Positions 36,603-50,061 of a stretch of 64,000 nt of DNA are shown here, piece after piece (within the stretch, counting starts at the first letter, position 1; every line of letters begins with the position of its first letter). Origin of the DNA: Parasitella parasitica NRRL 2501 (Eukaryota > Fungi > Mucoromycota); contig MU619258.1 in the NCBI GenBank assembly GCA_025201805.1, forward strand, positions 260,288 through 324,287. The letters are read 5' to 3'. Under the pieces are notes generated by a model that saw only the letters and a list, made by a program, of their open reading frames with translations, was not told the DNA's origin and did no database searches. Both the position numbers and the translations under genes were made by a program.

Positions 36603-36888
36603 TATGTACATAAGCGCAGGCCGTTTTGAATTCTATTCACAATAAAAATGTTTTGGTTTGATGATATTCATTTACATAAAGAGTGATTCAACTCTAGAGC
36701 GAACAATTTACATAATGTACCACCATTCAACTTGTGTTGTTTTATAGACTTGGAGATTTGAAAAAGTCCGGAAACCAAGTACCTCATCCGGGAGATGTTG
36801 CAACCGGAGTTAATGAGTTACAAAGAAACCACCATTGATATTGGCCTCGCCAAGCTACAATAATAAAGATCTTCCCTTTTTTGCCGTC

Positions 36889-37687
36889 ATGGTATGCGAA
36901 AACTATACTTGAATGAGAAAATATATACACGTGTGGAGTGAAAGGGGAGGCACAAACAGACTATTAGATGAGAAGCCAGTATGGATGAACGGTTACAGTA
37001 GATGGATTACCTTTTTTTTTTTTATTTTGGAAAAATTATTTGATTCACGGATACAGTGGATGTAACTACGGTAAAGCGAACTGCGAGGAATACCATAAAA
37101 AATTGGGCAGCATTATAGTAGATGGATACCCTGCTTGCTTCTCGTCTTGTTCAGTTTGTGCTCTTGCTCACACTATATATATAAAACTCTGTATGAAATG
37201 TCAATTCCTAACTGTTTTATTCTAGTCTCTTGTCGTTCCCGAGAGAAATCACTTTCAGCACATTATCCGTCTTCTCAACACCAACGTTGATGGTCGTGTC
37301 AAGATCCAAATTGCCTTGACCTCTGTCAAGGGTGTTGGCCGTCGTTTTGCCAACATTGCCTGTAAGAAGGCTGATATTGATCTCACCAAGAGAGCTGGCG
37401 AGCTTTCTTCTGAAGAACTGGAACGTATTGTCACCATTCTCCAAAACCCTGCTCAATATAAGATCCCCAACTGGTTTCTCAATAGACAAAAGGACATTGT
37501 TGATGGCAAGTCCTCTCAAGTCATTTCCAACGTTCTTGACACCAAGTTCCGTGATGATCTCGAGCGTTTGAAGAAGATCCGTAATCATCGTGGTCTCCGT
37601 CACTACTGGGGCATCCGTGTTCGTGGTCAACACACCAAGACCACTGGCCGTCGTGGACGCACCGTTGGTGTCTCCAAGAAGAAGTAA
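36889..37687 (+). CDS. RPS18: 40S ribosomal protein S18 (uS13)
   Basis: ATG-only exon 36889-36891, intron 36892-37225, then [23 protein letters not shown]...[32 protein letters not shown]. Confidence 0.98.
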
Positions 37688-38487
37688 AATGGTAAGGAAA
37701 AAGCTGATATCTTCTTGTCTGAATTGCGTCTAATTATGTTGGTAGTTTAATCCTCGAGATTACTATAATAAAGATTCTTCAATATCTGCCTTTACTCAAA
37801 AGGGTTTTTTATTTGACAATGTACTACTGGGAGTTATGTGCGTGATTAACCTGCCTTTTTTTTTATTTTTATTTTTTTATTTTATTTCACTAGAAAAGTA
37901 CATCAAGTGGTATGTGAACAATGTGAATTGCCAAATATAACAACCTTGGAATAAACTATATATTTGAGCTTATGATATGAAAATCTCATCAATTCAGCGT
38001 TAATTTTGCTGAATGGTAGAATTGTCAGTTCATATGAATAACAATCGAAAATTGAGACCTTGAATTCCAAGCTGTAAAAGTGTTGCCTGAGCTTCATGTT
38101 GACAATGAATGAATGCATTTGGTGTGGATTAGCTGTTATAGGGTGATTTGAAAACCTCGTTCAAAACACCTACTTTGCGTGAGCAGCCGACTATCAGATG
38201 TTTGGCATCTTCATTTTCTTAAAATAACGCGCATTTCTCATCTTCCATGTCTTGAATTTGCTTTTCAAAAAGAACAGGTCTGTTGGGCATTGTCTGCGTA
38301 CCATATGTTTTTGTGTTTTTTTTGTAAATCAGATACATTTATATGTTTACAGAAGAAAATTAAGCACAATTTATAATATTGAATAGCGTCTTTGTATATA
38401 AAGTCGAGATAATGGCCATCAACAGCTGAAATATGTAAAATTATGATATATAGACATTTATCAATTAATTGTTTAGTAACGTTGTCT

Positions 38488-41400
38488 TAATCTACCAAGA
38501 GACGTCTTTGCACGCGTAAATCTTCCATCAAATTGTTCATTTCGTATTGTTTCAAGGGTGAAGTTACAGATCTAGCGCACATTAAAGCAGCAGCTATAAA
38601 ATCAATACGCTCTTCTATGGAGATGTTGCCGTTGCTGCAAATTTAAGAAATCAGTCAGTAATGCAAATCAATTTGAAAGCCACTATCCACTTACTCAGTG
38701 CTAGCTAATGTGTGGTATACTTTAGCTGCATCATCATAGCGGCCTTGAGATCTATAGTATACAGCGAGCAACTTGAGGCGTTTGTATTCGTGTGGGTTCT
38801 TGAGGTATACTTCTAAATTGGGTGGATTTTCCTAGAATGATAATCGTGTTAGAGCAAGTGTGTGTTTGTGGAATTAATTTCGCCTTACGTCAATGAGTAT
38901 TTGTGCAAGGTTATCTTTCAAAAAGGCATCGTAGGCGTAAAACTGGAACATCTTGTCATCATAAACAGGATTAAACGTAGTTTGCATCATTTCCCTACGA
39001 TAAGTGCTGGGTTGAGAGCTATCCTTTACCACCTTAAACAGTATTTCAAGCACAATGTCATAAAAGGGCTGCTTTGTTTTAAAAATTTGTTGACGAATAT
39101 CAGCAGGGCAATTAGCTTCATAGTAGGCGTTTGAGGCATTGAGAGGGTCGCGAGCTTTAGCACAGTTCAAAGCAAGGCGGATACCATATGCATGACAGCC
39201 TTGTTCAGCGTATTGACGAGCGAATTCAGCAGCTTTGTTGGAAGGAATGTCGTTGGCAATTTTTGTCAAAGTGACAAATGAATCTTGTAAAATGGCTTTG
39301 GCTTGAGCTGGATTGGTATTACGAGCAGAGTATATTTGCTTAGCTGCGTTGAACAACAAAACATCACAAGAGCGACAAAACGACCCACATTGAGCTGTGA
39401 GAATATCGACGACATGATCAGTGTTCGTGAAACGCTTTGAGGTATAGTCAATGAGTGCAAATGTCAAATCACTAGCAACAGTAGACATGCCGTCTGAAGT
39501 TGTCAGTAGCGTTTTGAGATCGCTTTGCAAGAGACGTTCTTGTGAGGCAGGTTTGACTAGTTTGATGATAGAGTCCAAACTATCTTCAAAGATGTATTTG
39601 AAGAAGGAAATGGCCTCGTCCAAGTAAGTAATCAATTCCAGCAAGTTGTTCAATGATTTAGTTTCAGGGCTAACAGGTGTGAAAGGAAACAACTTGGTAT
39701 TTCTGTCGATGAGGTTTCTAAGCAGAGCCAGGATTCTTTGGATGCTGCTTAGCTCTTCCACTGGGATATTGTTTGAATAAAATTTGCCTACAGAAGTAGA
39801 GGTCTCCTTGATCAAGCTCTTTGTCCAGATACCCTCAATGACGCGATACATAAACAAGGCTAACCCATCGTGAAGACTAGAGTAAGAGCGACCATTCGAG
39901 TCAACCAAGGCAGATGTAACTTGACCAAAATGCTTGAGTACTATTTCAGCGCTATTTACCTCTTGAGCACTGATCAATTTAGCATCGTACAGAGAATTGT
40001 CGCCGGATCCATTGCCACAACTGATCAAATTGAAGCAAAGAGAAGAGGCATTGAGATAGCCAAATTGGTTGAAAAATGGCTCGAATTCCTTCATGCGATA
40101 TAAAGTATCTGATCCAGTATGCGTCAATAAGTTGTGCAACATATCGACAGGTCTTTGCTTGGCTAAAATAGTGATACCGGATGTTGTCAAAATCAAAAAA
40201 TGGCGAGCAGTTGCTTGATATAAAGACTTGAACTCGTTAATCTCTTTGTGCTGTCCTGTGGGTAATTCCTCAATAGAAAGCACTTTTCCGTGAATATCGA
40301 TCGCATTGCCGTTTTCAATCAATTGTGTGTTGGAGTTGGGCAAGATGCAATTCCCCAAGTTTGCCAAGCTAGGGCAGTAGGTAAGAATTTTAGACTGTGT
40401 TTCGCTGGCTTGTGGGTTTTTGACAAACATGGTCAGAGCGCTTTTATAGAGTGGCTTGCCAACTAGGTCTGTAGACGACATATTGCTGGAGGGAGCTCTT
40501 ACATGCATTGTGATCAATCCACTAGGCTTAGCGTCGTAGTTGAGATATTGCACATCCTTTTGGTTGTTGTAGTAGATTCTGCCTCCGTTCGAAGTAATTG
40601 CGACAAGGTGGTAATTCAGTGACTCTTTTGCTGTGGTTGTGTGAATGGAAACAATGTGTAAATCAGGTGTAAAGTGTGGAAAAGAAGGGTTGGATCTTTT
40701 AGCATCTGCAATACAGTCATTTTTCTTGTAGATGCTGCTGAATGTGTAGCCGTCAGTCCCCAAATAAACGACGCTAATACAAGAGTTCTTTGTCAATTGA
40801 TATAAGACAGTTCCACTTTCGTTCACTGCAATCTGCACAACGGGATCTCTTGGGAATCTTATGAGAAATCTAAAACTACCACCAGATGTTTGCAGTTTCT
40901 TGTTACATCTACTGGCAAACCAAGTTTCCTTTGACTAGAGCCAACAGTTAAAAAAAAACGGTATTTCCTTGGTTGCAAAGGCACTTGATATATGTATATA
41001 CACTTACTCGGTAGTCCAACTCCCATACATTATTATCATTTCCCAACATAAAAACACGGCCTTGGCTTGTACCAATTATTTGAGTCATATGAACGCCAGT
41101 TGTGCCCGTTGTCATGCATGAGTCGACATACTCCAAGTCTTTTGCGCCATTGACGACGCCAATTACCCTGATTTCTTGTGTAGTTGCAATAATCATCAAC
41201 TGTTTGACATTATTAACAAAGACTCCAGGCTTTGGCTTGACGAATCCAACACCAACAATCTCATCTGCCTCTTCGTGAATTTTGACTTCTCGACTTTGGA
41301 ACGTTTAGGCTCGAAACAATGCCCGTGCAACTTTATCCTAACACATACCTTTCGACATAATCCCATAGATAAAGTCGATTTCTGACGACAAAGTAAGCTC

Positions 41401-41789
41401 TGTTGATAAGGGGCGCAATACCGCAAGGACTTTTATGATCGACTAGGATAAATATACGAGTGTAAGCCAAGTAATTTACTATACTACATTGATGGATTAC
41501 ATACAGTTTTTCATCTCCATCAATCCAGATGTGCTCATTGTAATATTCTTTTTCAATACTACAGGTTGGAATGCGTCGGATGAATTCTCTGTATACTGAC
41601 TTGGTTCTAGATTAATTATGATTTCAGAGTAAATTCTGCAAAGATATGGTTGGCATCGACTTTTATTTTCTTACGAGTCAATGTTTTGAAGAGATCAGGG
41701 AACTGTCTATCAACCACGGCTTTACTTTCCAATGTAGCTGTTGCTTCACTAATAGCCTTGGTTTTCTTTTCAGGTTCTGGAGTAGCCAT
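38488..41789 (-). CDS. NUP170: Nucleoporin Nup155/Nup170/Nup157-like (3' end uncertain)
   Basis: DRQFPDLF, VGLVKPKPGVF, GRVFMLGNDNNVWELDY, LVAITSNGGRIY, RHFLILTTSG..KQRPVDML, SSLHDGLALFMYR, CGSFC..DV, DDKMFQFYAYD. Confidence 0.85.
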
Positions 41790-42185
41790 GTTTAGCAGAT
41801 ATGTTGTGAGAAGAAAAGAGTAGAAAAAGACGCGAAATCCTACCACTGTTTTTATAATTTTTTTTTTTTTTTGTTCTTTTCATCGTCACATTTATCATGT
41901 TGTTGATGGTTGACCATGCATTGGAAACGAGCTTGTAGAGGCCTGCAAGGTTGCTTGGTAACAAATTAGGTATTCAGTATCAACACAAAAAGTAGTGAAC
42001 CTTTTTAAGCAAATCTTTCTTTTAAAATTGAGCTATATTTTGCTTTGAATTCGCTTTGTTCGTGAGGATTTGAACAGCACATCAAAACGGACATTGAATG
42101 GGCAAAGCTCTTCTTGTTAATATAGGAAGTCTCTAACACTCGTGCTTTTGAGTTTCCAATTACCCCTTTCCGTCTTTACTAAAAA

Positions 42186-45100
42186 ATGGCACCAAACCCA
42201 ACTTCGGATTGGACAGAACTTCATGTAAGAATCTGCTACTAATGTATTAAATGACATTTATACTAAGTCGTACATGTGTAGGATCGTTTCTACAGGTAAC
42301 TTAGATTTCCACTACTGTCTCTTGTATCAACCTGAGCGTATTGTGTGTATTTCACGACAGGAAACAAGAGATTTATTCTTTATCATGGAACCAAACAGAC
42401 CTTTCGAAATTTATGATTGCAGGCGCTCAGTATGGTGGCCCTATAGGTATGGTCTTTGTGTTTGTGCATCCACCTTACTTGATTAACGTGTACGTTCTGT
42501 TCATAGCCATGATAAGAGATGATAAAAAAGTCTTGCTTTTGCAAAAGCAACAGCCTATTAAACCTACGATATATATGTATACTAGCGCTGGTAAATTAAT
42601 CGAGCAAATCCAGGTACAATCCTTTTTACATCAACAAACATAGATACACGTTTTTAATCAATAATGTTGTAGTGGGACAAGGGGCGCATTGTAGGATTGG
42701 GATGGACAGATCAAGAGCAGCTTGTGGTGGTTACTGATGATGGTTCTGTGAGACTTTATGCACTTGATGGAAATTATTCCCAGTTTTCTCTGGGCAAGGT
42801 AAATCTGGAAAGCTACTTTTTCTGCCCACAGAATCATTGAAATGTCTGCTGTGTAGGATGCTAAAACTGATGGCATTATTGATTGTCAAATTTGGGGTGG
42901 GGGCCTAATAGCTATGACTGGAAAGTACCAGCTTATCAGTCTGACTAAATTTGAGGAACCACAGCCTAGGATGATGGCTGAACTCAAGCTGGATGAACCA
43001 TTTCACAGTTGGACAGTGGTCCCCCCTCAGTTTACGCTCAGTCGACATGTTGAAGTTTTGATTGCAACAGGCTCCACCATCTTGGTGGTAGATAGCAAGG
43101 AAGTAACAGACCAGCATTTGAATCAAGGCCCATTTACGAAAATGGTTGTTTCTCCCAATGGTAAATTTCTGGCCCTGTTTACATCAGACGGAAAACTATG
43201 GGTCGTATCGACCGATTTCCAAAAGAACCTTTCCGAGTACTCTACCAAGTCCAAAATTGCTCCTCAGCAGCTAGTATGGTGCGGCACTGATTCCGTTGTA
43301 CTTTACTGGGACAAAATCGTTTTGATGGTGGGTCCTTTTGGTGACTGGATTAAGTATACTTATGAAGATCCAATCTACCTGGCTTCAGAGATTGATGGAG
43401 TTCGTATCATCAGTAATGACAAGTGTGAATTATTACAGAAAGTGCCTGCATCGACTGAGAAAATTTTTAAAATTGGCTCTACAGATCCACCAGCAATGTT
43501 ATTTGACGCTTTAGATCATTACGAGGTACGGACAAGTAGTGACAATAGTACAATAACCACTCATAATACTTTTTCTACTATTATTATTTTAGCGTAAAAG
43601 CCCTAAGGCAGATGAAAATATTAGAAGCATCAAACCCGAATTGATCGACGCTGTAGATAGCTGTATTGAGGCTGCAGGTTTCGAATTTAGCCATCACTAC
43701 CAGCGTGCACTGTTAAAAGCTGCTTCCTTTGGCAAATGCTTCTTGGATAATTACAATGCCAATGAATTTGTTCATATGTCTCAAACGATCCGAGTGTTGA
43801 ATGCTGTCCGATATTATGACATTGGTATTCCACTCACTTATGCACAGTAAGTCTATTTTAGGTTACATGTTGGTATGCGTACCTAATTCAAATGTCAATT
43901 CAGGTATAAGCGACTTGGCCCAGACGTATTGATTAGCCGTTTGATTAACCGCAATAACCACTTGTTAGCCATTCGTATTGCCGAATATTTAAAATTACGT
44001 ACAGATAAAATCCTGATTCACTGGGCTTGTGAAAAGATCAAGTCTAGTTCAGAAGACGAAGAAGCTATTTGTAGAACAATTGTGGATAAACTCGCTAAAA
44101 AACCAGGATTATCTTATGCTGAAATAGCAAAGACAGCTCACAATGCCGGACAAACTCGACTAGCTACCAAATTATTAGATTATGAGCCTCGAGCAGCAGA
44201 CCAAGTGCCTTTATTGATTTCAATGCAAGAAGACGAAACTGCATTGATCAAAGCTATTGAAAGCGGAGATACAGATTTGGTTTATCTTGTCATATTCCAT
44301 TTAAAACGTAAATTACCCTTGGGCGAATTTTTCCGTATGATCAACAACAAACCTATGGCATGCAACCTTCTGGAGGTGTACTGCAAAGAGCAAGATACTG
44401 AATTGCTAAAAGATTTTTACTACCAAGATGACAGAAGAATCGATAGCGCAAATGTTGTATTATCAGAAGGCTTTGTGGAATTGGATATTACTGAACGAAT
44501 CAAGAAACTGAAAATTGCAGGAAAAACTTATAACGAGCATCGCGAACATGCTTTTGAGGCCAAGGCTGTAGACGAAGCTGTCAAATTGCTTCAATTCCAA
44601 TTAACACTTGAGAAAGATACCCAGCAGTCATTCACAGGTCTTTCCATAAGTGAAACTATCTACAAGTGTACGACACTGGGACAGCATAATAAAGCGTCAA
44701 AGATCAGGACTGATTTTAAGGTTCCTGATAAAAGGTTTGTATACATATACTATAGGTCTATTTTTCCTTCTAATGTTACTCCATTCAGATTTTGGTGGGT
44801 CAAGCTGCGTGCATTGGTTGAAGTAAGAGATTGGGAGAATTTAGAGAAACTCTCTAAAAGCAAAAAGTCGCCTATTGGTTACGAACCTTTTGTTGAAGAG
44901 TGTATCAAAGCTCGGCAATACCAAGAAGCGTCTAAATATATTCTCAAGTGTGATCCTCCTGTGCGACCTATGCTTTTTGTCAAGATTGGTGCTTTTAAGG
45001 AGGCCGGTGAGCAAGCTTACTTGAACAAAGATGTAGAAGGACTCAGGTAACACACTTTTTTTTTTTATTTGTGATCGTTGCTCATAAAATCTCACCATTT

Positions 45101-45192
45101 GCTTACATTATAGGGAAGTAAGAGCAAAATGTACAAACCATCTTGTAGCGCAAGAGCTGGATTCACTTCTTGCCCAACTCAATGCAAAATAA
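42186..45192 (+). CDS. VPS16: Vacuolar protein sorting 16 (HOPS/CORVET subunit)
   Basis: [69 protein letters not shown]. Confidence 0.96.
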
Positions 45193-45564
45193 ACAACAAA
45201 TAATGATAGTTACTTTAAAACCTATTAATTATTAATGAAATATATTAAAAGGTAATCCAGTTAATCAAAAAGCACTTGAAAGATACGGCAAACGTTCTTC
45301 TTTAATCTTGCCTATAGAATATAAGTAAGATCCGTATTTAATTATGAAGCATGTTCAACCCTTGCTATTTCCTGAGGGAAGAAAAACAAAGTAAGAAGAT
45401 GGGCAACCATGATAAATCTATCGAGAACAACAATAGCAGATACACTCAAGAAACCGTACGACTTAATTACAATTATAAACCAGACGAAATACGCACACTT
45501 TTATTTGTAAGGAAAGAGATGATGATCAAATACAGCCACGAATGTGCGAATGACTTTGTTTTTA

Positions 45565-46182
45565 CTGTGAAATTCACTATATTGATATGCATTCCTCTTC
45601 TGGATTCATGCAGTTACCTTAAATTGATCTGGACTACATATGTGCACAGCTAATAAGATATACAATACAGTTTTATACTATATAAGATATAGGCTAGAGA
45701 TGGCACCACTAGGATAGATTTAGTATGTTTTACGAGCTTTTACGGTATCATAGAAGATCTATGCTTCAGATTTGTATTCTCAGTTTCCAGATACGCACTA
45801 CAGACATATAATTATGTCCACGATATTAGCTACAGATATATTATGTACTACATACTTGTAAAATATCTGCAATGCTATAGATATGCTCATAACATGCTAT
45901 AGACATGCTACATATACAGATATATGCTAAGATGAATACCAAGTGATATACACTGACTAAATAAGACTATACTAGAAATGATATACGCTTATGGATCGAT
46001 ATTAATAATCTTCGTATAATGGAAGATTAATCAAGGTACCTTGGGTAAAGTCTATCTACTCACTCAGATAGATATAAGTTATCTTTAGTCTGCTGATATG
46101 TCGTTTAGCACAAAATTAAGATGCTAAATATTCAGAAATTTTTTTCAGTGAATCAATGTAACATCTTATACCGATTCCACAG
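45565..46182 (-). mobile_element. MITE-like non-autonomous repeat, family A (copy 2, inverted)
   Basis: Reverse complement of 25104-25948 with internal indels. Short imperfect inverted termini TA|CTGTGAAATT ... ATTCCACAG. Confidence 0.75.
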
Positions 46183-46755
46183 AGATATCACGATATTTAG
46201 TGACAGTTGAGATATCACACTAATTCGTATCTGATACGATCATATAATATATTCGCAGTAAATCAGGAAGCGTAGCACTTGTGGTAATTGATATAACCAA
46301 GATGTAGCAGTGTGTACTGTATACATCATTCTGCTCAAAAGGTTGGTGGTAGATGAATTTGATCCATGTAAGGTATATGGCAGTTAATATACTTTGTTAC
46401 GCTCAAATACACTCAAATTATAGCTTTTTATTGATTACTTTGGATAAAAACATCACTATTTTCAATTGAGGGGTAAAATATGAGTGCGGTAGGTAGCTTA
46501 GAAATGCTTTGATATACATGGATACTTAAGAAGCTTTAAAATACGAAATACTACCAAATCTGCACTTTCATCCGCCTAAAGGAAGTTAACCTTACAATGT
46601 TTGAGCTTGGTAATTTGTTCGTAACTGGCAATACAATTTGGCTTACGCTTATTATTGACAATTATCAAAGCTTCAACCAAACAAACACAATTTGATACAT
46701 AATGCGTTTTATTTCAACTTAATTATGTATACATGTATATAGCAGTTCATAACCC

Positions 46756-49700
46756 TCACATGACAAACAGGAATCGTAAATCTTCTACAGATAATTTATC
46801 CAACGCATTTGAATTCTTTCCAACCGTGCTGTCTACTAAAGCTGTTTTCTTCTCTTGCAATTGCACAATACGACTTTCTATGCTATTTTCAATGATCAAG
46901 CGAGTGATCTTGATGGGACGATGCTGGCCAAGTCTGTGAATACGGTCCATTGCCTAATTATATGATATACAGTAAGTCAGTCTTAAATGTGTTGTGATAG
47001 CAGGCTCTAGAAAATTTACTTGTACTAAAAAATAAAAAAAATAAAACGTTAGCATGTGTATTAGTTAAGTGAATATGTAACCTACATTCAGCAGCCTATG
47101 TAGAAATGTAAAGAAAAAATACATGAAAAAAGAAAAAAACGTTTAAAATGCGTCCTTAATTCAGATACTTTAAAAACTTACAGGGTTCCACCAAGGATCA
47201 CTAGGTAAAAATGAAAGTGAGTAAAATGCATGAATTATAAATACAGTGATAGTTACCATATAAATACTCGGCTTGCTTCAGTTAAATTTAGCGCAACTCC
47301 ACCAGCTTTAAGGCTAATCAGAAAGACAGTTACCGTAGGTTTGGTCATAAAGCTGTAGCGATGTATAATAAATAAAGATTTCACAAAAGAGAAGCTGTCA
47401 AAATACATACTGATTGATAGCGGCAGCTCTTTTTTCAGGAGACATTGTTCCATCAAGTCGAATGCATTCAAAGCCTGCACGAGAGAGGCGCCAATAGACC
47501 AAATCAAGGAAATTAACAAATTGAGAAAATACAATGCTTTAAAAAATAATTGTTATAATTAATATTTATGAGCACAAGCTAAAATCGTACCTTTTAATTG
47601 TCTTGTCTTCTCTTCGTAAATTAGATAACTCTTCTACAAGCGCTTCGATCTTGGTTGAACTACGCCACTTGTCCATATCAATACGATTCACAATGCTAGA
47701 TCTAGAGTAGTTTGAATTTACACCTGGGCCATCCGATACTTCAATAGCCGGTTGAGAGAGGTCCACAGAAAATTCAGCAAAGCAAGACGGACAGCGAGGG
47801 TTTTCTCCACGCTCGTCATCGAAGCTATTGCAGTACTGTACACAGCATTCTCTGCAGAACACATGTTTGCAAACTGCAGCAATTGCATCTTCCGGAGGAT
47901 CATTGCACAGCATGCACACCAGCTGTTGATTGTCAGCTTTCTTTTTGGTCACCAAATCAGGATGATCAGAACACTGACGCATTTTCATCAACAATTCAAA
48001 GATATTTGCATAGTTGTTCAATACAGTTCCTGCTTCTACGTAGGTGGTAAAGGTACGTGCCACTGAAGAATACAAAGAAGTGTAGACATCTTCTTCCTCA
48101 TCACTAAAGTAATCACGACGCACAATCACAGTACGGGGAGGCAAGCCCAAGTCGTCAGCACATTCGACCTTGGTTCTTCTTAACATGATTCTATCCAATA
48201 ACAAACCAAGCTTCTTCAAAGCTACTCTACCGTCATTGATATAACCATTGGTTTGTATAGGCTTAAGTACTTCATTGTTCCACCAGCAAACATGGCTCAT
48301 GGGAGTATGGTGGCAAGTGTCACAGGTACGTTTGTCTGAAAATTTCCAAGTGATTTCTTTACATGGGCATTTAGTGCAGTAGTAAAATGCGAATGGATCA
48401 GCCTTCATGAAACGAATTAAAGAGTATAATTCACCAACACGATTTTGCAAGGGAGTTCCAGTTAATGACCATTTGAAAGTGCCTTGAACATTGAATACAG
48501 ATCGAGCAGTGTTTGATGATCTGTCTTTGATATTGTGTGCCTGAACGAGAAACGTTAATAATGTAAATCATGAGTCAAAAAAATTTGATGCATTACTTCA
48601 TCCAGTATAACACGATGCCATTTCACTTTATGCAGGATAGATTTTTCTTTATAGATAGCAGCATGACCAGCCTTCTTTACGCCATATTCTTGACGACGGA
48701 AAGCAGATTCCATGATGGAGTCTATTTAAAACAAATTAGATGGGGTTTAATATATTAAGATTTGCACACTTGCATGTTGATAACACCACATCATATTTTT
48801 CTAAATCGGATTGCTTTTTTGTGCGATTTTGACCATGGAAGATGTGAACTGACAAGGCATTTTTTGTGTGCTTGAGTATCTCATCCCTCCACTGCATAAT
48901 AGCAACAGTAGGGGCAATAACCAGGTTTGGCTTTTGCTTATCGCTCAACAGGAGGGCAATGGTTTGAATAGTTTTACCCATGCCCATTTCATCAGCTAAA
49001 ATACCACCTTTGAACTTGAAAACATGTGCATTAGTGCTCAAATAGCCTGTATTTCAGGTATGTTATAACCTACAGTTTCGAGTTTCTCTTGCTGGAGCAT
49101 CCACCCAACACCATATTTTTGAAAAGGTAATAAAGGCAATGTCATTTGAAAAGGCTGTTCAATGGGGATGACCTTTGCCGGTGCAATCTTTTCTAAATCC
49201 TCCCATATATCCTCCAGTTCTGGATGTTGAATAAGTACTTTGTCTTGGGTTTTTTTGTACTACAGACAATAGGAACGCGTTGAGCGTGAGTTCTTGTGAG
49301 CTGCATGAAAATTAAAAACTTACATGAGGTTCCCTTGCGAGCCTACGTCTTTGAGTGATACGCCGTCTGGGAATGTTTCGGGTGCTGGCCAATGCTTCAT
49401 CTTCGTCAGAGGTAGTTTCCTCAGTAGAAGTGGCATCACTTTCTGAGGATGACGACAAATCTTCATCCGTGTCAGAGTTGTGAAGGCTAGTGTTTCTTCG
49501 AGCAGCAAGAATATTTGATAGCACCAAATCCAAGTTAGCTTCGCTTTGTGCATCTTCCTGGTCAGAGACTTGCTGAGAACCTGAATCAAACTCAGTTAAA
49601 GTCGAAGGTAATGCTGGAGAAGCTGCGGAATCAGCAAGCACACTGTCTAACTCATACTCTGTATCATCAAGACTTATTGATGAAGTTGTGCTGCTACCTG

Positions 49701-50061
49701 CATTGCTACTGCTTGTATTGCTATTTGTGCTGTTGCTGTTGTCGCCGTCATGTTGTAGCTTGATTTCTGCAATACGGCCTCTTATAAAACTAGCATCCCG
49801 TTCAAGTTTTGGGCGACGAGGCATTGGCAATATTACCTTGACTTTACCTTTACCGTTACCTTTTTCTCTTGAAGAACTTGTTATCTGGCGAGTTGGCATA
49901 CGGAGAGGCTTTTGAAAATCGTCATCATCGTCGTCTTGATCATTTACAGCATCAGAAGACGCTATTGCGTTGTCAGTCTCCATAAGGTCGTCATCTGGAT
50001 CTGCTGCTTCTATTTTCTGCTTTTTGGCTAGTCTAGATGAAGAACGACGAGTGGAAACCAT
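46756..50061 (-). CDS. RAD16: SNF2-family helicase/RING E3 ligase Rad16
   Basis: [40 protein letters not shown], Cys-rich insert, [14 protein letters not shown] ([17 protein letters not shown]), [48 protein letters not shown]. Confidence 0.96.
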
